From NCBI GenBank assembly GCA_034521595.1, contig JAXHMG010000003.1, forward strand, positions 1,120,001 to 1,184,000: a stretch of 64,000 nt of DNA. Reading direction: 5' to 3'. Of this stretch, positions 27,252 through 37,505 are shown piece after piece (positions within the stretch are counted from its first letter, which is position 1; every line of letters begins with the position of its first letter). The position numbers were made by a program, and so were the translations under genes. The notes beneath the pieces were generated by a model. The model saw only the letters and a list, made by a program, of their open reading frames with translations. It had not been told where the DNA came from and ran no database searches. Source of the DNA: Gemmatimonadota bacterium (GTDB lineage: Bacteria; Gemmatimonadota; Gemmatimonadetes; Longimicrobiales; Gaopeijiaceae).

Positions 27252-28247
27252 ATGACTTCCGACGCATCGATGGGTGCTGCGGCTCCCGACGCCCAGGATC
27301 CTACCCGACATCAGCTCATGTTGCGCGACGTCCTCGAAGGGCTGCGTCGTGATCAGAAGCAGCTCTCGCCGAAATACCTTTACGACGAGGTCGGGTCGGA
27401 GCTCTTCGAGCGGATCACGCAACTCGACGAATACTATCCGACCCGGACCGAACGGGCACTGTTGAAGCAGTGGGCCACGGCCTGGGTCGATGAGCTTCGC
27501 CCTCGAGCCTTCGTGGAGCTGGGCGCGGGGAATGCCGACAAGTCCCGCGTCGTCCTGACCGCGATGCAGGAAGCTGCCTCGGGGAACCTGTACGTACCCG
27601 TCGACGTGAGCGGCGAGTTCCTGCGCGAAGCCTCGAATCAGCTCCGCGAGGAGTACGAAGGTTTTCGGATCGAGCCCGCGGTCGCCGACATCTCGACGCC
27701 TTTCGAGCTTCCCCACGATCTTCCGGAGCCCGCTTGGATCGCGCTTCTCGGCAGCACGATCGGAAACTTCGCCCCCTCCGAGGCAAGCCTGCTGCTCCGG
27801 CGTGTGCGTCGGCACCTGCGTCCCGGTGACCGCTTCCTGATGGGCGTGGACCTGCGTCCCGGGCCCGGCAAGTCCGTCGAGCGCCTCGAGCGCGCATACG
27901 ACGACGCCCTCGGCGTCACGGCGGCATTCAGCCTGAACGTCCTACGCGTCTTGAACCGCGAGCTCGGCGCCGATTTCGACCTCGAAGCGTTCGAATACCG
28001 GGCGTTCTACGAGCCCGATGAACACCGCATGGAGCTCCACCTGGTGGCGCGGAGTCCGCAGGAAGTGACCATCGGGGGCGAAACGGTGTCCTTCGCGGAA
28101 GGCGAGTCGATTCGCACGGAGATCAGCTGCAAGCACGATCGGAACTCCGTGGACGCGCTCTTCGAGGCTGTGGGGCTGCGCGTCGATCGCTGGCGGGAGG
28201 ATCCGGACGGCGCCTTCGCGCTCCTTCTCGCCGAGCCCGTTCAATAG
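27252..28247 (+). CDS. egtD: L-histidine N-alpha-methyltransferase, EgtD family
   Basis: KQLSPKYLYDEVGSELFERIT, EYYPTRTE, ELGAG, LGSTIGNF, AYDD, RTEISCK; start uncertain (27198/27252/27270). Confidence 0.9.
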   Translation: MTSDASMGAAAPDAQDPTRHQLMLRDVLEGLRRDQKQLSPKYLYDEVGSELFERITQLDEYYPTRTERALLKQWATAWVDELRPRAFVELGAGNADKSRVVLTAMQEAASGNLYVPVDVSGEFLREASNQLREEYEGFRIEPAVADISTPFELPHDLPEPAWIALLGSTIGNFAPSEASLLLRRVRRHLRPGDRFLMGVDLRPGPGKSVERLERAYDDALGVTAAFSLNVLRVLNRELGADFDLEAFEYRAFYEPDEHRMELHLVARSPQEVTIGGETVSFAEGESIRTEISCKHDRNSVDALFEAVGLRVDRWREDPDGAFALLLAEPVQ

Positions 28248-28251
28248 CGCG

Positions 28252-28806
28252 TCACATCTTGGGAAGCGTCACACCCGACTGCTTCATGTACTTTCCCTTC
28301 CGGTCCATATAGGCGATCTCCGGCTCCTCGTCCCCCTCGAAGAAGAGCAGCTGCGCGATGCCCTCGCCACCGTAGACCTTGGCGGGCAGCGGAGTCGTGT
28401 TGGAGATCTCGAGCGTCAGGTGGCCCTCCCACGTGGGCTCGAGTGGGGTGACGTTCACGATGAGGCCACACCGGGCGTAGGTCGACTTCCCGACACACAC
28501 GACGAGGACGTCCCTCGGGATCCGGAAATACTCCTCCGTCCGGGCCAGCGCGAACGAGTTCGGCGGAATGATGCACGCCGACTCGTGAATGTCCACGAAG
28601 GACCGATCGTCGAAATGCTTGGGATCCACGATGGCGTTGTGGACGTTGGTGAAGACTTTGAACTCGGGCGCGACTCGGATGTCGTAGCCGTAGGACGAAA
28701 GTCCATAGGAGATCACGCCCTCGCGCACCTGTCCCGACTCGAAGGGCTCGATCATCCCATGCTCCTCGCACATGCGACGGATCCACTTGTCACTCTTGAT
28801 CGGCAT
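28252..28806 (-). CDS. dcd: dCTP deaminase
   Basis: [40 protein letters not shown]. Confidence 0.95.
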   Translation of the reverse strand: MPIKSDKWIRRMCEEHGMIEPFESGQVREGVISYGLSSYGYDIRVAPEFKVFTNVHNAIVDPKHFDDRSFVDIHESACIIPPNSFALARTEEYFRIPRDVLVVCVGKSTYARCGLIVNVTPLEPTWEGHLTLEISNTTPLPAKVYGGEGIAQLLFFEGDEEPEIAYMDRKGKYMKQSGVTLPKM

Positions 28807-28963
28807 CGGGTGAGGTCACTCCGCGGGGGTACGACGAATGTAGGGTCGGTCGGAGCACGCCTGAATGCGGGCTCCGGTGCCGGCACGAACCGCCCAAGAT
28901 ACCCCGGATGTCGAAGGTGGGGCAAACCCCGGACAAGGGCATGAAAACCCGCCCCGACCGCGG

Positions 28964-28993
28964 TTGACACTGCGACGCGAAGGCCGGTACCTT
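28964..28993 (+). promoter_or_regulatory. Candidate sigma70 promoter of nuo operon
   Basis: TTGACA-N18-TACCTT. Confidence 0.65.
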
Positions 28994-29011
28994 CCAACCC
29001 GTCACACGGCT

Positions 29012-29029
29012 TCGTGAACAATTTCACAA
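29012..29029. promoter_or_regulatory. Rex-type operator (ROP)
   Basis: TCGTGAA-CAAT-TTCACAA, one mismatch to TTGTGAA-N4-TTCACAA, between promoter and nuoA start. Confidence 0.75.
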
Positions 29030-29043
29030 ACCCACGCGACCCC

Positions 29044-29400
29044 ATGTCGGGAGATTACCTCCCCCTCCTTCTTCTGTTCAGCGTATCGGTGCTGAACGCC
29101 ATCGGGATGGTCGTCACTTCGCACATCCTGAATCCGCGCCGCGACACGCCGCAGAAGCTGATGCCGTACGAGTCCGGCATGACCCCGCTCGGGACCACGC
29201 GGGCCCGCTTCTCTGTAAAATTCTACATGGTGGCGATCAGCTTCATCGTCTTCGATCTGGAGACGATTTTCCTGATCCCCTGGGCCGTCCAGATGCGGGA
29301 GCTGGGTTGGAGCGCCTTCATGGCGGTGACCCTCTTCGTCATCGTGCTTGCGGTCGGCCTGCTCTATGAATGGAAGAAGGGAGGTCTCGAATGGGACTGA
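29044..29400 (+). CDS. nuoA: NADH-quinone oxidoreductase subunit A
   Basis: [22 protein letters not shown]. Confidence 0.95.
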   Translation: MSGDYLPLLLLFSVSVLNAIGMVVTSHILNPRRDTPQKLMPYESGMTPLGTTRARFSVKFYMVAISFIVFDLETIFLIPWAVQMRELGWSAFMAVTLFVIVLAVGLLYEWKKGGLEWD

Positions 29401-30092
29401 AAGAAAAGCTCCCCGGGGTCGGCCCCACGCCGACGTCCGGTGGCATGTTCGGTGAGGGAAGCCCCACGTTCCTGACCAGCAAGATCGACGCGATCGTGAA
29501 CTGGGGGCGCCTCAACTCCTTGTGGCCCATGCCGTTCGGAACGGCGTGCTGCGCCATCGAGATGATGGCGTCTGCGGCTTCGAAGTTCGATGTTGCGCGG
29601 TTCGGGATGGAGCGCATGGCGTTCAGCCCCCGGCAGGCGGACGTGCTGATCTGTGCCGGGCGCGTGCCGTACAAGCTCGCCCCGGTGCTCCGGCGGATCT
29701 GGGACCAGATGCCGCAGCCCAAGTGGTGCGTGTCCATGGGCGCGTGTGCCAGCTCCGGGGGCGTTTTCGACGTATACTCGATGGTGCAGGGAATCGACAC
29801 CGTCGTCCCGGTCGACGTCTACATCCCGGGTTGTCCGCCGCGCCCCGAAGGCTTGATCTACGGCCTGATGATGATCCAGGAGAAGATTCGGGAAGAGTCG
29901 CTCGCCACGCACTTCGAGCATCGGGCAGAGGATCCCCTGCGGGTCGCGCAGCCCAGGGCGGACGACGGAGAGATCGCGGCCCTGACCGGTCCGTTCGGTA
30001 ACTCCACGCGCCAGGAGCGGCTCTCGACCGGGGCGGTCCCACGCGGAGAAACGCCCTCCGGCACCACCCGCCCCAACCCGATCTATGACTGA
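29391..30092 (+). CDS. nuoB: NADH-quinone oxidoreductase subunit B
   Basis: [34 protein letters not shown]. Confidence 0.97.
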   Translation: MGLKEKLPGVGPTPTSGGMFGEGSPTFLTSKIDAIVNWGRLNSLWPMPFGTACCAIEMMASAASKFDVARFGMERMAFSPRQADVLICAGRVPYKLAPVLRRIWDQMPQPKWCVSMGACASSGGVFDVYSMVQGIDTVVPVDVYIPGCPPRPEGLIYGLMMIQEKIREESLATHFEHRAEDPLRVAQPRADDGEIAALTGPFGNSTRQERLSTGAVPRGETPSGTTRPNPIYD

Positions 30093-30795
30093 CGATATCC
30101 CGAGCGCATTCGACGCGCTCGAAGACGGTCCTCGCCCGTCGGACGAAGTTCGGCAGGCGCCTCCACGGTTCCCGGCAGCCGAGAGCGACCATCCCACGAT
30201 CGTCGCCCTGGGTGAAGCTTTCGGTGACGCGATCATCGGGCAGCGCACCTCGGCGGGAGATCAACACGTGGTCTGGATCGATCCGACCCGAAATTTCGAG
30301 ATCCTTCGGTGGCTCAAGGAGGATCCGGCCCAGGCGTACACGATGATGTCGGACGTCACGGCCATCGACTACGGCAACGGGCGTCCGGTAGAGGTGGTGT
30401 ACCAAATGTTCTCCATCCGGCACAAGCAGGCTCTGCGCGTGCGCGCGCCGCTGGCGGTCGACCACCTCGAGATCGACTCGGTCGCGCCGCTCTGGCAGAC
30501 CGCCGATTGGTTGGAGCGCGAGGTCTACGACATGTTCGGCGTGACCTTCAAGGGGCACCCGGACCACCGACGCATCCTCATGCCCTACGACTATGACGAG
30601 GGGTATCCGTTGCGGAAGGACTTCCCGCTCCGGGGCCGGTACTCTCGAGCCGAGCAGACGCGCAGGGCCCTGAACCAGGACCTCGAGCGTTACTACCTCG
30701 AGGACACGCTGGCCGAGGGCCGGGAGCCGCAGGAGGCCCGAGCGGCGGATCGGACCGAGCTCCAGGATCCCGAGAACACGGGAGGCGAGCAATGA
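30085..30795 (+). CDS. nuoC: NADH-quinone oxidoreductase subunit C
   Basis: [27 protein letters not shown]. Confidence 0.95.
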   Translation: MTDDIPSAFDALEDGPRPSDEVRQAPPRFPAAESDHPTIVALGEAFGDAIIGQRTSAGDQHVVWIDPTRNFEILRWLKEDPAQAYTMMSDVTAIDYGNGRPVEVVYQMFSIRHKQALRVRAPLAVDHLEIDSVAPLWQTADWLEREVYDMFGVTFKGHPDHRRILMPYDYDEGYPLRKDFPLRGRYSRAEQTRRALNQDLERYYLEDTLAEGREPQEARAADRTELQDPENTGGEQ

Positions 30796-32072
30796 GCCAG
30801 AAGACGGTGGAGGTCCCCGTCGGCAGGAACCCGGAGATGGGCGTGGACGGGCGTCCGGTCCAGAGCCCGCTGACGCCGTTCGATGTCGCCGAGCCGGATT
30901 TCAACACCGAGGAGATGCTCATCAACATCGGGCCCCAGCACCCGGCCACGCACGGGGTGCTCCGGCTCGTCTGTGAGCTCGATGGGGAGACGGTCACGCG
31001 GGTGATGCCCGACATCGGCTACCTCCACTCCTCGTTCGAGAAGCTGGGTGAGTACCGGACGTGGAACCAGATCGTGACGCTCACCGACCGCATGGACTAC
31101 CTGGCGCCGTTGATCTACAACTGCGCCTACATGATGTCGGTCGAGAAGCTCATGGGCATCGAGGTGACCGAGCGGTGCAAGGTCGTCCGCGTGATCCTGA
31201 TGGAGTTGGACCGGATCTTCGGCCACCTCCTCTGGCTCGGAACGACGGCGATCGACGTGGGTGCCTTCACGCCGTTCCTGTACGCCTTCCAGGAGCGGGA
31301 GAAGATCTACCAGCTTCACGAGAGCCTCACCGGAGCGCGGATCACCACGTCGGCCACGCGCGTGGGCGGCATGATGGCCGACCTGCCCGAGGGATGGACC
31401 GAGCAGCTCCGGTCCTTCCTGAGCACCTTCCCGGACACGCTCGCCGAGATCGACAGCCTCCTCACGCGCAACCAGATCCACATCGGTCGCACCCAGGGTG
31501 TCGGAGCCATCAGTGCGGAGGACGCGCTCAACTACGGGTTCACCGGGCCGAACTTGAGAGCCGCGGGAGTCGACTACGACGTCCGCAAGGACCGCCCGTA
31601 CTACGACTACGAGACGTACGACTTCGAGGTCCCGGTCGGCGAGCACGGAGACTGCTACGATCGGTACCTTTGTCGAATGGAGGAGATGCGCCAGAGCGTG
31701 CGCATTCTCCATCAAGCGCTCGAGCGACTGCCGGGCGGTCCCATCAACGTGCAGGACCCCAACGTTTCCTTGCCCTCCAAAACCGACTGCATGTCGGACA
31801 TGGAGAGCATGATCCATCACTTCAAGCTGATCACCGAGGGCATCCCCGCACCCGAAGGAGACTGCTACTACGCCGTCGAAGGGTCGAAGGGCGAGCTCGG
31901 GATGTACGTGGTCGCGGAAGAAGGCGACACCAAGCCGGTCCGGTGGCGCATCCGCCCCCCGTCTTTCGTGAACCTCTCCGTGATCTCCAAGCTGGCCGAA
32001 GGGCATATGGTGGCCGACCTGATCATGATCAATGCGAGCCTCGACATCGTCCTCGGAGAGATCGACCGATGA
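30792..32072 (+). CDS. nuoD: NADH-quinone oxidoreductase subunit D
   Basis: NIGPQHPATHGVLR, DRMDY, GDCYDRY, LDIVLGEIDR. Confidence 0.97.
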   Translation: MSQKTVEVPVGRNPEMGVDGRPVQSPLTPFDVAEPDFNTEEMLINIGPQHPATHGVLRLVCELDGETVTRVMPDIGYLHSSFEKLGEYRTWNQIVTLTDRMDYLAPLIYNCAYMMSVEKLMGIEVTERCKVVRVILMELDRIFGHLLWLGTTAIDVGAFTPFLYAFQEREKIYQLHESLTGARITTSATRVGGMMADLPEGWTEQLRSFLSTFPDTLAEIDSLLTRNQIHIGRTQGVGAISAEDALNYGFTGPNLRAAGVDYDVRKDRPYYDYETYDFEVPVGEHGDCYDRYLCRMEEMRQSVRILHQALERLPGGPINVQDPNVSLPSKTDCMSDMESMIHHFKLITEGIPAPEGDCYYAVEGSKGELGMYVVAEEGDTKPVRWRIRPPSFVNLSVISKLAEGHMVADLIMINASLDIVLGEIDR

Positions 32073-32725
32073 GCGACGTGCCATTCAAGAACCCGGGGTG
32101 GGCCGGCAACACGGGGGAGTTCGAGCTCAGTGAAGACGAGGTGAGAGGTAGGGACTTCGTCGGAGAACGCCCGAAGCACGCGGGGCACGCATCCGGAGCG
32201 CCGACGATGCCCTACATGCTGCCGGAGAAGAATCCGGAGGCGACGCTCTTCGAGGGCGAGTATCAGGAGCGGTTCGAGAAGATCCTCTCGCGGTATCCGA
32301 CCAAGCGCGCCGCGCTCTTGCCCACCCTCAACCTCGCCCAAGAGCTGAGGGGATACGTGAGCCCGGAGTCCATGGACCGCGTCGCCGAGCTGCTCGACCT
32401 CGCGCCGGCGTACGTGCGCGGGGTCGCGACGTTCTACACGATGTACAACAAGCGCCCGGTGGGACGCTACCTGGTCCAGGTGTGCACCAACATCTCGTGC
32501 AACCTGTGCGGTGCCGACGACGTCCTCAGCGCCTTCCTCTCCGACACGGACACGGAGCTCGGCGAGACGTCGGAAGACGGGAACTTCACGGTGATCGAGG
32601 CCGAGTGCCTCGCCGGCTGCGGGTTCCCGACCTGCGTGCAGATCAACTCCGAGTACTTCGAGAACGTCACCCCCGACGAGGTGCCGAAGATTCTCGAGCA
32701 CCTCAAGAGTCGGGGCACGAGCTGA
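32069..32725 (+). CDS. nuoE: NADH-quinone oxidoreductase subunit E
   Basis: VATFYTMY, CTNISC, ECLAGC; ATGA overlap with nuoD. Confidence 0.93.
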   Translation: MSDVPFKNPGWAGNTGEFELSEDEVRGRDFVGERPKHAGHASGAPTMPYMLPEKNPEATLFEGEYQERFEKILSRYPTKRAALLPTLNLAQELRGYVSPESMDRVAELLDLAPAYVRGVATFYTMYNKRPVGRYLVQVCTNISCNLCGADDVLSAFLSDTDTELGETSEDGNFTVIEAECLAGCGFPTCVQINSEYFENVTPDEVPKILEHLKSRGTS

Positions 32726-32726
32726 C

Positions 32727-34019
32727 ATGGCCTATCCCTACGTTTCGGACCGTGAGGTCCGTATCATCAGCACCGGTTTCGGTGATCCCGAGCAACGTCG
32801 CATCGACACGTACGTGGACCGCGGCGGCTACGGAGCGTTGAAGAAGGCGCTCGGCCTGGAACCGGGCGAGGTCGTGGACATCGTCAAGGAGTCGGGGCTC
32901 CGTGGACGCGGGGGCGCGGGCTTCCCCACCGGCGTGAAGTGGTCCTTCATGCCGAAGGAAAAAAACAAGCCGCACTACCTGATCTGCAACGCCGACGAGT
33001 CCGAGCCCGGCACGTTCAAAGACCGGGAGCTCATCCGCTGGGATCCGCATCAGCTCATCGAAGGATGTCTGATCGGTGCGCACGCGATGGGCGCGGAGCA
33101 CGTCTACATCTATTGCCGCGGGGAGTTTTTCGAGGCGACGCAGGTTCTCGCCAAGGCGGTCGAGGACGCTTACGCGAAGGGTTACGCCGGAGAGGACATC
33201 CTCGGGTCGGGCAAGACGATCGACGTTACCGTGCACGCCGGCGCCGGAGCCTACATCTGCGGTGAAGAGACCGGGCTGATGAACTCGCTCGAGGGCCGCC
33301 GCGGACAACCACGCGTCAAGCCTCCGTTCCCGGCCCAGGTCGGCGTCTTCGGGATGCCCTCGACCATCAACAACGTCGAGACGCTTTGCGCGGTGCCGCA
33401 CATCGTGACGAACGGCCCCGACTGGTACAAGGAACACGGCACGGAGAAGGCCCCGGGCACGAAGCTCTTCTGCGTCAGCGGGCACGTGAACAAGCCGGGG
33501 AACTACGAGCTACCCCTCGGCTTCCCACTCGCCGAGCTCATCGACGATGTCTGTGGCGGCGTCCGTGACGGGAATGCCCTCAAGGCGGTCATCCCCGGAG
33601 GTTCCTCGGTGCCCATCCTCAATGCCGAGGAGGCTCGGGCATGCGCCCTGGACTACGACGGGTGCGTCGAAGTCGGCACCATGCTGGGCTGTGCGTCGGT
33701 CATCGTGATGGATGAGACGACGGACATGGTCAAGCAGGCCCGACGCATGGTGGATTTCTACGCCCACGAATCCTGTGGGCAGTGCACGCCGTGCCGGGAG
33801 GGGTCCGCCTGGACGGCGAAGATGATGCGTCGAATCGAAGAAGGTCGAGGCACCGAAGAGGACCTCGACACCCTCATGAGCGCGACACAGGAGATGGTCG
33901 GAACCACGATCTGCGTGCTGTCCGACTCGGTCGCGGCTCCGGTGCAATCTTCGATCCGGAAATTCAGAGACGAATACCTGGCCCTGATCCGTCGGGGCGA
34001 GCGGGTAGGAGCAGCTTGA
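32727..34019 (+). CDS. nuoF: NADH-quinone oxidoreductase subunit F
   Basis: GRGGAGFPTG, NADESEPG, GAGAYICGEET, ESCGQCTPCREG. Confidence 0.97.
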   Translation: MAYPYVSDREVRIISTGFGDPEQRRIDTYVDRGGYGALKKALGLEPGEVVDIVKESGLRGRGGAGFPTGVKWSFMPKEKNKPHYLICNADESEPGTFKDRELIRWDPHQLIEGCLIGAHAMGAEHVYIYCRGEFFEATQVLAKAVEDAYAKGYAGEDILGSGKTIDVTVHAGAGAYICGEETGLMNSLEGRRGQPRVKPPFPAQVGVFGMPSTINNVETLCAVPHIVTNGPDWYKEHGTEKAPGTKLFCVSGHVNKPGNYELPLGFPLAELIDDVCGGVRDGNALKAVIPGGSSVPILNAEEARACALDYDGCVEVGTMLGCASVIVMDETTDMVKQARRMVDFYAHESCGQCTPCREGSAWTAKMMRRIEEGRGTEEDLDTLMSATQEMVGTTICVLSDSVAAPVQSSIRKFRDEYLALIRRGERVGAA

Positions 34020-35623
34020 TGGCTGAGATGGTGACACTGACGATCGACGGGCGCGAGCTTTCGGTTCCGAAGGGAACGACGATCCTCGAGGCCGCCAAGC
34101 AGATCGGAACGGAAGTCCCGCATTATTGCTACCATCCGGGCATGTCCTCTCCGGCCATGTGCCGCCTCTGCCTCGTGGAGGTCGAAGGTGCGCCGAAGCC
34201 GATGCCGTCGTGCATAACCACGGCGACGGACGGGCAGGTCGTGCGTACGCAGTCCGAAGAAGCGCTCGGACATCGTCGAGCGGTGCTCGAGTTCTACCTC
34301 GTGAACCATCCGCTCGACTGCCCGATCTGCGACATGTCCGGGGAGTGCCACCTCCAGGACTACACGCACGAGGAGGGACCGAAGCACGGGCGGAGTCGGG
34401 AGCCGAAGCGGGTGTTCGGACGCGACGATTTCGGCGGCGACGTGCTTTTCTACGGGGACCGCTGCGTCATGTGCACGCGGTGCGTCCGCTTCATGAACGA
34501 AGTCGAGCAGGATTCCCGCCTGACGGTGGTGGAGCGGGGCAGCCGGTCGGTCATCGACACGTTCTTCGACGAGGGGCTCGAAGGCACGTACTGGCACGGC
34601 AACATCGTGGACGTGTGCCCGGTGGGCGCGCTCGTTTCGAAGGACTTCCTCCACAAGGCCCGCGCCTGGGATCTCGACCACACGCCCTCGATCTGTCCGG
34701 GATGCTCGCAGGGGTGCAACATCGAGCTCCACACCCGTGACAACCTCGTGCAGCGCCTCAAGCCGCGGGAAAACCTGGACGTCAACGGCTGGTGGATGTG
34801 TGACTACGGACGCATGGACTACGAATGGATGAACGCCGGCGGGCGTATCGAAGCGCCGCTCGTTCGCCGTGGGGACACAGCCCAGGCCGCCGGCTGGAAG
34901 GACGCGCTCGGAACACTGTTGGACCGTGTGCGCGGCCTCGGCTCACCGACGGTGAAGGCGGTGGCTTCCCCACATGCATCCAACGAGGATCTGGGCGCCC
35001 TGAAGGCATTCCTCGACGCCCTGGGAGGCGCCGAGGTCGTCTATCGCGGCAGGAGGGCCGAAGACGAGGTCGTCCTGAAGGGCTTCCCATCTCTCGCGAG
35101 GCGGCGTGACCTCACGCCGAACGCGACCGGCGCGGAGCTACACGGAGCCCGCCGGGTCGGGTCGGACGAGGCCACGGGTGGCCTCGACGACGTCGCGACG
35201 CACGACGGTGTGGTGGTCGTCCTCGGGGATCCACTCGACGACCAGCCGGAGGACTTCGCGAAGGACGCCTCGCTCTTCGTCTACCTCGGGCAGCACGCGC
35301 CGCCTGCTGCAAATGGAGCCGACTTCGTGCTTCCCGTGACGACCTTCGCGGAGCAGGAGGGCACGTTCACGAACCATGAGGGTCGTGTGCAGCGCTTCTG
35401 GGCCGGCATGGTCGCGCCCGGCATGGCTCGTCCGCCTTGGCTCGTCTTGGGGGCGTTGGCCGCCGAGCTCGGAGACACCGCGGCGGCCGTGCGAACCGCC
35501 GCCGAAGCGTTCCAGTCGTTCGGGAGCCGCATTCCTGCGTTCGAAGGCCTCGGCTACGACGACCTGGGTACCCGCGGGGCGATCGTGAACGAGACCGTGG
35601 CTATCACCGGTGAGGGCGCCTGA
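34019..35623 (+). CDS. nuoG: NADH-quinone oxidoreductase subunit G (short, 534 aa)
   Basis: CYHP..CRLC, HPLDCPICD..EC, CVMCTRC..CPVGAL, CPGCSQGC..C; TGATG overlap. Confidence 0.95.
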   Translation: MAEMVTLTIDGRELSVPKGTTILEAAKQIGTEVPHYCYHPGMSSPAMCRLCLVEVEGAPKPMPSCITTATDGQVVRTQSEEALGHRRAVLEFYLVNHPLDCPICDMSGECHLQDYTHEEGPKHGRSREPKRVFGRDDFGGDVLFYGDRCVMCTRCVRFMNEVEQDSRLTVVERGSRSVIDTFFDEGLEGTYWHGNIVDVCPVGALVSKDFLHKARAWDLDHTPSICPGCSQGCNIELHTRDNLVQRLKPRENLDVNGWWMCDYGRMDYEWMNAGGRIEAPLVRRGDTAQAAGWKDALGTLLDRVRGLGSPTVKAVASPHASNEDLGALKAFLDALGGAEVVYRGRRAEDEVVLKGFPSLARRRDLTPNATGAELHGARRVGSDEATGGLDDVATHDGVVVVLGDPLDDQPEDFAKDASLFVYLGQHAPPAANGADFVLPVTTFAEQEGTFTNHEGRVQRFWAGMVAPGMARPPWLVLGALAAELGDTAAAVRTAAEAFQSFGSRIPAFEGLGYDDLGTRGAIVNETVAITGEGA

Positions 35624-36918
35624 TGGAGTCCCTGCAACCGATTTCCGGGACCTGGGCCGGCATCGCGACGTGGCTCAAAGTCATGGGCATCTTCACCCTC
35701 GTCATGATTCTGGTCGCGTACATGACACTGGCGGAGCGCCGTGTCTCGGCGTTCATCCAGGACCGCCGCGGACCCAACCGAGTCGGTCCCTTCGGACTCC
35801 TGCAGCCCATCGCGGACGGGATCAAGAACATCCTGAAGGAAGAAACGCTTCCGGCCACCGCGTCGCGGATGTTCTTCGTCCTCGCACCGATGATGGTGCT
35901 CGTCCCGTCGCTCGTGACCTTCGCCGTGATCCCGATCGCGGCGCCGCTCCCGACGTCCGCAGGGGTGGTGGACATGATCATCGCGGACCTCCCGATCGGC
36001 ATCCTCTACGTCCTCGCCTTCAGCTCGCTCGCCGTATACGGAGTGGTGCTCGGAGGCTGGTCGTCGAACAACAAGTACGCTTTCCTCGGAGGGCTCCGGG
36101 CGTCGGCCCAGATGGTGAGCTACGAGGTAGCCCTGGGCCTCTCGATCATCACGGTCTTGATGGTCGCCGGAAACGTCACCCTCACCGAGGTGGTCGCGCA
36201 GCAACAGCAACTGGGCGTTTGGTTCGCGTTGCCGCTTTCGCTGGCGTTCATCCTGTTCGTGGTCTCCGCGTTCGCCGAGACGAACCGGCTCCCATTCGAC
36301 ATGCCGGAGGCCGAGTCCGAGCTGGTGACCGGGTATCACACCGAGTACTCCTCCATGAAGTTCTCGGCGTTCATGATCTCCGAATACGGTCACATGGTCA
36401 CGGCATCGGCGCTGATGGCCACGCTGTTCCTCGGGGGGTGGGACATCCCCTTCTGGAACGGAGACGACGCCTTTTGGCATCAGGGTCAGCTCATCTCGGG
36501 CTTCGCAGCGGACGGCAGCGTCATCCTGGCCGAACCCACCTGGTGGAAGACGCTGCTCACTTTCGGGGCTTTCGCGGTCAAGACCGGATTCTTCCTGCTG
36601 GTCTACATCTGGGTCCGCTGGTCACTTCCACGCTTCCGGTACGACCAGGTGATGTCGCTGGGATGGAAGGTCATGCTCCCCACAGCCTTGGCCTACATCA
36701 TGGTCATCGCCGGAACCATCCTGTTCCTGGACGAGATCGGCATGGCCTGGGGCTTCGGGTACGGGATGGCGCTCACCGCGGTGAGTGCCGTGGGAACCGC
36801 CGGGTTCATCTACTTCCTCGACCGCGGCCGCACCATCACGGGTGCGGCGGCCCACCCCGGCCAGCGCAGGGAGATCAAGGTCAAGCACGTTTCTCAGCCC
36901 ACTGCGGCGGGAGAATAG
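35623..36918 (+). CDS. nuoH: NADH-quinone oxidoreductase subunit H
   Basis: GPNRVGPFGLLQPIADG, AETNRLPFD, PRFRYDQ. Confidence 0.97.
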   Translation: MESLQPISGTWAGIATWLKVMGIFTLVMILVAYMTLAERRVSAFIQDRRGPNRVGPFGLLQPIADGIKNILKEETLPATASRMFFVLAPMMVLVPSLVTFAVIPIAAPLPTSAGVVDMIIADLPIGILYVLAFSSLAVYGVVLGGWSSNNKYAFLGGLRASAQMVSYEVALGLSIITVLMVAGNVTLTEVVAQQQQLGVWFALPLSLAFILFVVSAFAETNRLPFDMPEAESELVTGYHTEYSSMKFSAFMISEYGHMVTASALMATLFLGGWDIPFWNGDDAFWHQGQLISGFAADGSVILAEPTWWKTLLTFGAFAVKTGFFLLVYIWVRWSLPRFRYDQVMSLGWKVMLPTALAYIMVIAGTILFLDEIGMAWGFGYGMALTAVSAVGTAGFIYFLDRGRTITGAAAHPGQRREIKVKHVSQPTAAGE

Positions 36919-36921
36919 AGA

Positions 36922-37422
36922 ATGGCGATATCAGTACGGGTCATGGAGCGCCCGGAGCCGGAGACGACGTCATATCTCCGGGCGGCGCTCAGCGGGATGG
37001 CACTCACTTTCAAGCACCTGGTGAACCCGAACAAGGTCACCCAACAGTACCCCGAGGAGCAGACCGACCTCAGCCCCCGGTGGCGCGGTACGCACCGCAT
37101 GGAGGTGCACGCGGACGGGCGACCCAAGTGCGTCGCTTGCGGCCTGTGCCCGACCGTGTGCCCCGCAAACTGCATCCGATTGGTCGGGGGTGAGGACGAC
37201 CAGGGGAACCGTTATCCCATCGTCTACGAGATCGACGAGTTCCGCTGCATCTTCTGCGGGATGTGCCAGGAAGTCTGTCCCGTCGAGGCGATCCACGTCG
37301 GCCAGCACTTCGAGAACGCGGAGTACACGCGCGACCGCTTCGTCTACGACCTCGACCGCCTCATGGAGCAGGAGCATCCCGTCACCTTGCTTTGGGATCC
37401 GGCCGACCCGAGGTCGGAGTGA
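36922..37422 (+). CDS. nuoI: NADH-quinone oxidoreductase subunit I
   Basis: Two ferredoxin motifs CVACGLCPTVCP and CIFCGMCQEVCP. Confidence 0.97.
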   Translation: MAISVRVMERPEPETTSYLRAALSGMALTFKHLVNPNKVTQQYPEEQTDLSPRWRGTHRMEVHADGRPKCVACGLCPTVCPANCIRLVGGEDDQGNRYPIVYEIDEFRCIFCGMCQEVCPVEAIHVGQHFENAEYTRDRFVYDLDRLMEQEHPVTLLWDPADPRSE

Positions 37423-37505
37423 CTGAGCTCCAGATGAAGACCGCGCGCCGCTCCGAGCTCGGGGCCGTGCGGACACCTTCCGTCCACCCGCAAGCCGCTC
37501 GATGA
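37419..37505 (+). CDS. Putative bridge mini-ORF, 28 aa ([28 protein letters not shown])
   Basis: GTGA overlap with nuoI stop; ATGA overlap with nuoJ start. Confidence 0.5.
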   Translation: MTELQMKTARRSELGAVRTPSVHPQAAR

